The notes under the pieces are model-generated. The model was not told the DNA's origin and did no database searches. It saw nothing but the letters and a program-made list of their open reading frames with translations. A stretch of DNA of 32,000 nt from Nanobdella aerobiophila (lineage in GTDB: Archaea; Nanobdellota; Nanobdellia; Nanobdellales; Nanobdellaceae): assembly GCF_023169545.1 (NCBI RefSeq), contig NZ_AP019769.1, positions 120,001 to 152,000 on the forward strand, given 5' to 3'. The translations under genes and the position numbers were made by a program. The stretch's first letter is position 1; every line of letters begins with the position of its first letter. Shown here piece by piece: positions 25,601-32,000 of this stretch.

Positions 25601-26842
25601 ATGATCGAAGATTATCTAATAGGTGTAAAAAGAGAAATTAATGAATTAAATATATATCCTAGAGAATTAGAAATAGATGTTGAATACCCTATTGCAATTA
25701 TAGGTCCAAGAAGATCTGGTAAAAGTTTTTATTTATACTATTTAATAAAAAAATTAAATTTAAAAGAAGATGATTATTTATTTGTAAATTTCGAAGAATA
25801 CGAAATAAAAAATGTAAATTTTTTAGATATAATAAATAAACATATAGAAATATATAAGAAAGAACCTAAATACATTTTTTTAGATGAAATACAAAATTTA
25901 AATAATTGGCAGGATTTTTTATATTCATTAGTAGAGAGGAAAAAATATAAAATAATTATAACAGGTTCTTCATCAAAATTATTATCGAAAGAAGTTGCAA
26001 CAAATTTAAGGGGTAGATTCATTAGTAAAATATTATTACCATTATCATTTAGAGAATATTTATCATTCAAAAAAGTAAATATAATAAGACCTTTATACGA
26101 TAAAGAAATATCAAAAATTAAAGGATATTTATATGATTATTTAAAAAATGGGGGATTTCCCGATATTATATTAGAGAAAGTTAATAAAAAAGAATTTATA
26201 AAGGAATATATAGATATATTATTATATAAAGATTTTATTGAAAGATATAAAATTGAAAATATTGAAGTTGCAAGATTTTTGTTATACGCATTAATCCAAT
26301 CTAATAGTAAAATTTTATCAGTAAATAAAATTTATAATCAATTAAAGCAAATAACTAGAGTCAGTAATAAAACAGTAAGGAAATATATTTATTTATTTCC
26401 TGAAACTTTATCCATATTTTTATTAAAAAAATTTTCTTATTCTATTAAGAAAACATACTTGTCGCAACCAAAGATATATTTATCAGATATATCTTTAGAT
26501 CAAGAAGAGAATGGTATTGGTAGAAAAATGGAAAATATAGTATTCTTAGAGTTTATTAGACAAAATTTAATTGATAATATTTATTACTTTCATACAAATG
26601 AGGGATATGAAATAGACTTTTTAATTAAAGAAGGAAATAATATAAAACAATTAATACAAGTATCATATATTAATAATTATGATGAAATAGATAAAAGAGA
26701 AATAAGATCATTATTAAAAGGATATAATTTATTTAATAAACCAGAATTATTAATTATAACTTGGGATTATGAGGACACAAAAATTATAGATAATGTAAAT
26801 ATTAAATTTATACCTTTATATAAGTGGTTATTAAATATATAA
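25601..26842 (+). CDS. AAA_14/DUF4143-type ATPase (COG1373-like), apparently intact
   Basis: Walker A is 'GPRRSGKSF' and Walker B is 'YIFLDEIQ'. 'ITGSSSKLLSKEVATNLRGR' also matches the family. The C-terminal restriction-endonuclease-like region is 'GYEIDFLIKEG..IKQLIQVSY', ending 'IITWDYEDTKIIDNVNIKFIPLYKWLLNI'. Confidence 0.88.
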   Translation: MIEDYLIGVKREINELNIYPRELEIDVEYPIAIIGPRRSGKSFYLYYLIKKLNLKEDDYLFVNFEEYEIKNVNFLDIINKHIEIYKKEPKYIFLDEIQNLNNWQDFLYSLVERKKYKIIITGSSSKLLSKEVATNLRGRFISKILLPLSFREYLSFKKVNIIRPLYDKEISKIKGYLYDYLKNGGFPDIILEKVNKKEFIKEYIDILLYKDFIERYKIENIEVARFLLYALIQSNSKILSVNKIYNQLKQITRVSNKTVRKYIYLFPETLSIFLLKKFSYSIKKTYLSQPKIYLSDISLDQEENGIGRKMENIVFLEFIRQNLIDNIYYFHTNEGYEIDFLIKEGNNIKQLIQVSYINNYDEIDKREIRSLLKGYNLFNKPELLIITWDYEDTKIIDNVNIKFIPLYKWLLNI

Positions 26843-27116
26843 TAATTTTGATAAATTTAATATCTCTAAAGCTCATATTGAAATAAAAAATTATGAGAAT
26901 TGAATCAAAAAACTTTTTTGAACAAGCTATGACTTGAAAAAATTCACCAAAAGTTATCGCTATATTAGGTATATAATAAAGAAGCAATAGAGTTAAAAGA
27001 ATGGATAAAAGAGTAATTGAGATAAAAGATAAAATTAAAGAAAAACTAGAAGATTTCTAATCATGTATGTTTATAAATGAAAGGTTTCTTATGCTGTAAA
27101 AGAAGATATAGAGATA

Positions 27117-28091
27117 TTATAAATTCTCTTTAAACTCTTTTGCAGTTTCTTCAGGAATTGAAGATATTATATATTCTAGGTGTCCGATTTCCATATATCC
27201 TATATCAAATAAAGGCCTTTGTAATAATCTAATTATAGGGAAGGTTCTAGAGTCTTTTAGATATGTAGTATCAAATATAACCATATTAAAGTTTTCATAT
27301 AATCTTTCATAAGTTACTAAAATATTATATAATTCTTCAATAAACTTTTCTAGATTATTTTCTGATAAGAAGTATATACCAAATGATTCTAAGTAGCCTA
27401 ATAATTCATTATTTCTAAATGGTGCAAAAGAAGCCCATAATTTTATTATATCATCCATAATTATTCTTTGATTTAGTTTTTTTTCAAAATTAAAATAATC
27501 CTCTATAAAAAATTTTTTATATTTTTCAAAATATTTCTGAGATTTATTTAGATAGGTTTTAAAATAATTTGTTGGTTCCTTTTCCAATAATATTTGTAGA
27601 TGTAAATGTTCTTGTGATGCACCTGCTGAAAATCCTTTATTCATATTTATAAATATATATTTATATTCCTTTTCCGGTACTTTTTCATAAAATTCTTTTA
27701 TTAATAGAAAAGAATTATATAGATCTAGTTTATTCAATTTTGCTATATTTTTTATATGTTTTTTGTAATTTGGTACCAGTACAGCATGATATCTACCATA
27801 TGGATATTTATTAGAAAATAATATTGAATCTCCTAAACTAATTTTTTCCATAAATTCAAAATCCGGGGTATTCTTATATGGATCGCAAAAATAACAGATA
27901 TTATTTTTTTTACTTATATTTTTATAATTTCTAGGTTTATATTTTATAGATTTATTTATTCTAATTTTATAATTTGTAATAGGATCATATCTTTCTTCTA
28001 TTATATATCTTTCAATATTGTTATTAAAAAAATTTCTTGATTCATATTCATAGCTTATTAATTTTAAATCCTCGTTAAATACTTCTTCCAT
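27117..28091 (-). CDS. GalT-like nucleotidyltransferase/phosphorylase (galactose-1-phosphate uridylyltransferase family, HIT superfamily)
   Basis: 'RYDPITNYKIRINKSIKYKP' and the zinc-site-like 'CYFCDP' match the family, as do 'ILFSNKYPYGRYHAVLVPNYKKH' and 'FINMNKGFSAGASQEHLHLQIL' (H-x-H-x-Q active site). Confidence 0.8.
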   Translation of the reverse strand: MEEVFNEDLKLISYEYESRNFFNNNIERYIIEERYDPITNYKIRINKSIKYKPRNYKNISKKNNICYFCDPYKNTPDFEFMEKISLGDSILFSNKYPYGRYHAVLVPNYKKHIKNIAKLNKLDLYNSFLLIKEFYEKVPEKEYKYIFINMNKGFSAGASQEHLHLQILLEKEPTNYFKTYLNKSQKYFEKYKKFFIEDYFNFEKKLNQRIIMDDIIKLWASFAPFRNNELLGYLESFGIYFLSENNLEKFIEELYNILVTYERLYENFNMVIFDTTYLKDSRTFPIIRLLQRPLFDIGYMEIGHLEYIISSIPEETAKEFKENL

Positions 28092-28492
28092 ATATTGCTA
28101 ATACATTTAAATATTTATAATTTCTTTTATTTTATTATCTAGATTTTTATTATTTAAATCATCATATAAATATATTTCAAAATTTTATATTATCTTTCTG
28201 ATATATTTCTATAGTATATTTTCCATCTGAACAAAGAGGTATTTTAAGTTCTGATATATAAATAGGTAATTTAAAATATTCTATAGGCTTTGTTAAATAC
28301 TCTTTATCATTAGATGCTTATTTTATGTATTTAAAATTATTTTTTTACACATAGATAAGTATAATTATTTTAAAATATATGTATCTACTTTATCTAATTT
28401 TTTAGCAAAATTTAATCTTATATGATATTTTTTAATAAAATGATCTAATACTACTCATTATCAAGTACTAAAAAAGTATCTATTAATTTTAT

Positions 28493-28948
28493 TTATATAA
28501 TCTTTAATTCTTTTAGATGATCTTTATGCCTTTTTAATGTTGTATTTATTAAATTTAATCTTTCATGTATTCCCCTTAGATCTTTATTATTTCTTATATC
28601 TATATTTCCAGATTTTGCTCTTTGAACAAAATCTTGTAGTATATATAAACTTTCATTTAGATATTTGTCGAATATTTCAACATCTTGTTTTAATCTAGGA
28701 TCATCAATTCTTCTTAATAATTCAAAATATTCTCTTAATATTTTTAAATCTTCTTCCTCTAATTTTTTATCCTTCATTATTAACTTTACAATTATTGCAG
28801 GTTCTCTCTTTGAATTATCTTTCTTCATCTCTTTATTTATCTGCTCATAAATTTCATCTATCCTTTTTATTGAGTTTTCTATTTTTTTATATTCTTCTTT
28901 TATCTTTAAACTTGTAGCATCTCTCTTCTTATTAAAGAATGATACCAT
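28493..28948 (-). CDS. Coiled-coil hypothetical protein
   Basis: This is a 151-codon K/E/R-rich ORF with heptad-like composition. No recognisable catalytic motif was found. Confidence 0.45.
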   Translation of the reverse strand: MVSFFNKKRDATSLKIKEEYKKIENSIKRIDEIYEQINKEMKKDNSKREPAIIVKLIMKDKKLEEEDLKILREYFELLRRIDDPRLKQDVEIFDKYLNESLYILQDFVQRAKSGNIDIRNNKDLRGIHERLNLINTTLKRHKDHLKELKII

Positions 28949-29814
28949 ATATTTCTATAAGTTCTTTGTTATATATAAATTAAATCTTGATCTATAGTAT
29001 TAATGGTTATTTAATAATCTAGTATTGTTGAGATCATATCCTATAATGCTGTTTATATCTACCGATAAATAGTTTATAAACTTTGAGGTTTGAGCTAAAT
29101 AGAGTATTAGATAATATAAGTCCTTCAATAAATATCATCCATTTTTTATTTTTAGGTAAAAATTTATATTTAGTTGCATTATTAATAATTTTATCTAAAG
29201 ATTTTATTATTTTAAAATGTATTATTTTAACTTTATAAATAATATTAAACGAATCTTAATTTATTTTTTATTTCTTTTTTATTTAAAATGAACTATTAAA
29301 TTTTATATTTTTTGTATTATTTACAGGAAGGATTATATTCTTAAAGATATTGGAAAATATTATATTTGCAATCATTATGATCTCAATATATACAATTATG
29401 CTAGTTATGAATAGGCTATAACCATGGAACTTTCAAGATAGATCATTTTATCTCCAGAAAATAATTTAATACTATCAAAACCAAAGAATATACTTCAATA
29501 ATAAATATATATCTAAATATTGTTTCTTCTTTACTGCCTGTAGATATTTTACCTTTTAAATGAAATATATCCTATAATTAGAAAAGTATCAGAAAAGTAA
29601 GACAAGAGAATCATCGTCCAAAAAATATTGTTCTGCGAAGAGAATATGTTTTAAATGATTTATACAAAACTTTTTTTACTATCGAATTTCTTTTAAATAT
29701 AATTTTATCTAGAATCCAGATGGATAATTAATCGTTATTTAATTCCTTTTAATGAAATTTTTTAGAATATTTTAAATTATATAATTTAAAAATTTCAAAA
29801 TTTATTAATTATTT

Positions 29815-30057
29815 ATGATTACTACAATTACAATATCAAAAGAAATAAAAGAAGAAGTAGAAAAGGTTAAAGGAAATAAAAAATGGGACGAATTTTTAAT
29901 GGAGTTGATTAACATTTATAAAGAATATAAAAAAGAGAAAATAAAAAATTTATTAAATGAAGTTAAAAAAGATATAAATAATGAAGAACTAGATAAAATA
30001 GAACAAGAAATATTACAGTTAAGAAGAAATAATAATTTTAGGGATTATAAAATATGA
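29815..30057 (+). CDS. vapB: VapB-like antitoxin candidate
   Basis: The N-terminus 'MITTITISKEIKEEVEKVKGNKKWDEFLMELI' resembles small archaeal antitoxins ('TITISDEVYEKL..KG..SFSEVI'). There is a 4-nt ATGA overlap with the downstream PIN gene. Confidence 0.6.
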   Translation: MITTITISKEIKEEVEKVKGNKKWDEFLMELINIYKEYKKEKIKNLLNEVKKDINNEELDKIEQEILQLRRNNNFRDYKI

Positions 30058-30419
30058 ATATACTTGATACATCTTTTCTAATTGAATTAATAAGAAATAA
30101 TAATTTGCAAGATTATATTGATAATTATATATCTATAATAACATTGGAGGAGATTTTAAGAGCATTAGATAAAAATAAAAGACAAAAGATTAAAGAATTA
30201 TTAACAAATGCATTAAGTATAATTAATATAGATCAGGAAATAGTTGAAATTTATTCAGATATATTTTATACATTAAAAAATAATGGAAAAATTAAAAATG
30301 ATGCAGATATTATCATTTCTGCTACTGCAATTAAATATAATACAGAAATATTGACAAAAGATAAAGATTTTATAGATATAAAAGAATATTATCCAGAATT
30401 AAAAGTTAAAATTATTTAA
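30054..30419 (+). CDS. vapC: PIN-domain ribonuclease toxin (VapC)
   Basis: 'MNILDTSFLIEL' carries the first acidic residue, 'TLEEIL' follows, and 'NDADIIISATAIKYNTEILTKDKDF' carries the third and fourth. The length is 121 aa. Confidence 0.85.
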   Translation: MNILDTSFLIELIRNNNLQDYIDNYISIITLEEILRALDKNKRQKIKELLTNALSIINIDQEIVEIYSDIFYTLKNNGKIKNDADIIISATAIKYNTEILTKDKDFIDIKEYYPELKVKII

Positions 30420-30624
30420 TAACATTTCTATATTTGTGAATAAAATGATTTTAAAAAATTAGGGAATTTTTTATTTTCATGTAAAAATTATATTGGTAAT
30501 TTTTTATATATTCTAAAAGAGAATAAATATATGTAAATCTTATATATTATATTGGAGACTTTAATACAGTAAAAAAGTTAGAAGGAAAAGAAAGAAATAT
30601 AATATCAAAATAATTTAAAAATAG

Positions 30625-31857
30625 TTATATTTTTACTAAATTTATTATATCATTTACATCTAATACTTCAATATTTTCTGGATAATATTCTAGATTATTT
30701 TTATTAGGTAATATTAATATCTTTCTACAATTAAATTTATTTAATTTATTTTCTATTTCTTTTATCTCATTTTTATCAATATAATCTTTCCATTTTACTT
30801 CTCCCACAATTTTTAATTCTTTAAATTTAAATAATGAAATATCTATTTCATAATTTTTTTCAACTATCTTATAATAATTTAATCCATAAATCTTTGATAA
30901 TAAGGAATTAAAGAAATATTCAACATGGAATGGTATTTTATCATTTACTACTTCTTTTATTATTTCATAGACTATATCATTTTCCGATATTCCATATTTA
31001 CCTTCTAAATAAAAATATATATCTAATAATGGAGAAGAAATTATATAATAATCAAATTTTTTATTAAATACATTTATTTTATTTATTAAACCAATATTTT
31101 GTAATATTTTTAGATAACTTTGTATTATACTTGGATCATCTTTTTCAATTATTTTCTTAGAAAATAAATATGAAGATATTTCAGTAGATTTATTTTTTCC
31201 AGATGCAATTGATGTTAAAATATTGATATATGTTTTATTTAATTCTCTTTCTTCTTCATTAAATATTTCTCCTATTAAACTTTCAAATGTATACTTATTT
31301 TCTTTAAATATTCTTGCTAATTCTTCTCTTATATTTCCTTTTACAAAATCTATTATCCATGGTTCTCTAAAATATATTGCTTTTTCTATTAATTCTTTTC
31401 CATTTTCTTTATCTATTAAATATTTTATTATATCTCTTTCATCAATTAAATCTATTCTAAATTCTTCAAACAATCCTAATAGTGGTGAATGCTTTTCTAA
31501 AATTTTTTTAGATAAAAATAATGTAGAAGTAATTAATATAAGATTTATTTTTTCATAATTCGCATGTATAAAATCTAACAAATCTTCTTGTAATCTTTGA
31601 AATTCATCTATAACAACTTTTTTTCTAGATAATAAAATATCTTTTAAATAATCATATGATATATCCTTATTATTTATTATATCTATTATTCCTCCATCTC
31701 TTTTTATAAAGAAATAATAATCATAATTTGTAAAGTTTTTAATAAAAAAAGATTTACCAGTTTTTCTTCTTCCATAAACGAAAACTCTATTACCAATTTT
31801 TTCCCATCTTTTTAGATCTTCATATCTAATAACTATATTCATCATATGTATAATCAT
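30625..31857 (-). CDS. Archaeal ATPase (Arch_ATPase/ATPase_2 type, COG1672-like) with a C-terminal DUF234-type nuclease-like domain
   Basis: Walker A is 'VYGRRKTGKSFF' and Walker B is 'VVIDEFQRL'. The C-terminal 'YEIDISLFKFKELKIVGEVKWKD' has the canonical D...E-x-K arrangement. The start may be Met5/Met6. Confidence 0.85.
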   Translation of the reverse strand: MIIHMMNIVIRYEDLKRWEKIGNRVFVYGRRKTGKSFFIKNFTNYDYYFFIKRDGGIIDIINNKDISYDYLKDILLSRKKVVIDEFQRLQEDLLDFIHANYEKINLILITSTLFLSKKILEKHSPLLGLFEEFRIDLIDERDIIKYLIDKENGKELIEKAIYFREPWIIDFVKGNIREELARIFKENKYTFESLIGEIFNEEERELNKTYINILTSIASGKNKSTEISSYLFSKKIIEKDDPSIIQSYLKILQNIGLINKINVFNKKFDYYIISSPLLDIYFYLEGKYGISENDIVYEIIKEVVNDKIPFHVEYFFNSLLSKIYGLNYYKIVEKNYEIDISLFKFKELKIVGEVKWKDYIDKNEIKEIENKLNKFNCRKILILPNKNNLEYYPENIEVLDVNDIINLVKI

Positions 31858-32000
31858 GGTTATACATTTTATAAATATAATTCATTATTATGGAATTATA
31901 AAAGATAAATTATACTAGATTTTTATAAAATAAGTATAGCTCTTCTGTTAGATGATTTATTAATAATTTTAAATAGATTAGAATTATTAGTTTTTAATAA

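Noticed and set aside
26843-27116. Mini-ORFs 'MRIESKNFFEQAMT' and 'MDKRVIEIKDKIKEKLEDF', and the fragment '..NSPKVIAILGI', in the spacer after the intact ATPase
   Set aside because: They are too short and stop-interrupted to call. They probably represent further debris of ATPase-type or antitoxin-type genes, and are mentioned only as supporting evidence of decay in the island.
19646-28948. Possible paralogy between the two coiled-coil proteins (19646-20194 and 28493-28948), based on a shared central 'DPR' motif
   Set aside because: The similarity is limited to a tripeptide within K/E-rich low-complexity sequence. It cannot be distinguished from chance without a profile comparison.
2458-31558. 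Antisense or overlapping track ORFs: 2458-2817(-), 2756-2944(-), 3032-3265(-), 3722-3970(-), 7134-7364(-), 7186-7407(-), 9445-9729(-), 9836-10225(-), 16474-16725(-), 17941-18177(-), 18107-18337(-), 18689-18880(-), 21061-21336(-), 21413-21613(-), 21589-21774(-), 22966-23151(+), 25774-26070(-), 28665-28850(+), 31223-31558(+)
   Set aside because: Each lies entirely inside, and opposite to, a gene with strong family-level evidence. Their translations are low-complexity L/I/F/S-rich strings typical of shadow ORFs in AT-rich DNA.

Overview
Very AT-rich (clearly above 70% A+T by eye, not computed), gene-dense archaeal window. Archaeal hallmarks are an HMf-type histone, RNA polymerase subunit K, exosome subunit Rrp42, a type-2 methionine aminopeptidase, a class III (prepilin-like) signal peptide protein and a large S-layer-type protein. 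The extreme AT bias, K/E/I/Y-rich cytoplasmic proteins, tight packing with overlapping stop/start codons and a stand-alone C-terminal module of an Lhr-type helicase suggest a small-genome, thermophilic Nanoarchaeota/DPANN-like organism. That placement is inference only. The window falls into four parts. (1) 1-7.9 kb holds housekeeping genes (truA, cutA-like, map, histone) and an antioxidant cluster (Fe/Mn SOD, 2-Cys peroxiredoxin, Lrp/AsnC regulator, Bcp, Ogt-like). (2) 7.9-18.5 kb is a cell-envelope block: membrane-protein paralogs, a processive GT2, a thioredoxin-like anchored protein, a GT-C-like protein, the split Lhr module and the S-layer protein. (3) 18.6-23.2 kb is housekeeping: rrp42-rpoK, tRNA-Val(GAC), acylphosphatase, AsnRS and an FNR-like flavoprotein. 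(4) 23.2-32 kb is a loosely packed, partly decayed accessory island, and it is the most interesting region. It carries three same-strand copies of a Walker-A ATPase/DUF4143-type gene (a remnant, a disrupted copy and an intact copy), a GalT/HIT-like nucleotidyltransferase, a coiled-coil protein, a VapBC pair, an Arch_ATPase/DUF234-type ATPase-nuclease and one unexplained GC-rich non-coding island. No CRISPR array, rRNA or recognisable transposase was seen. All family assignments come from motif recognition by eye; no searches were run.
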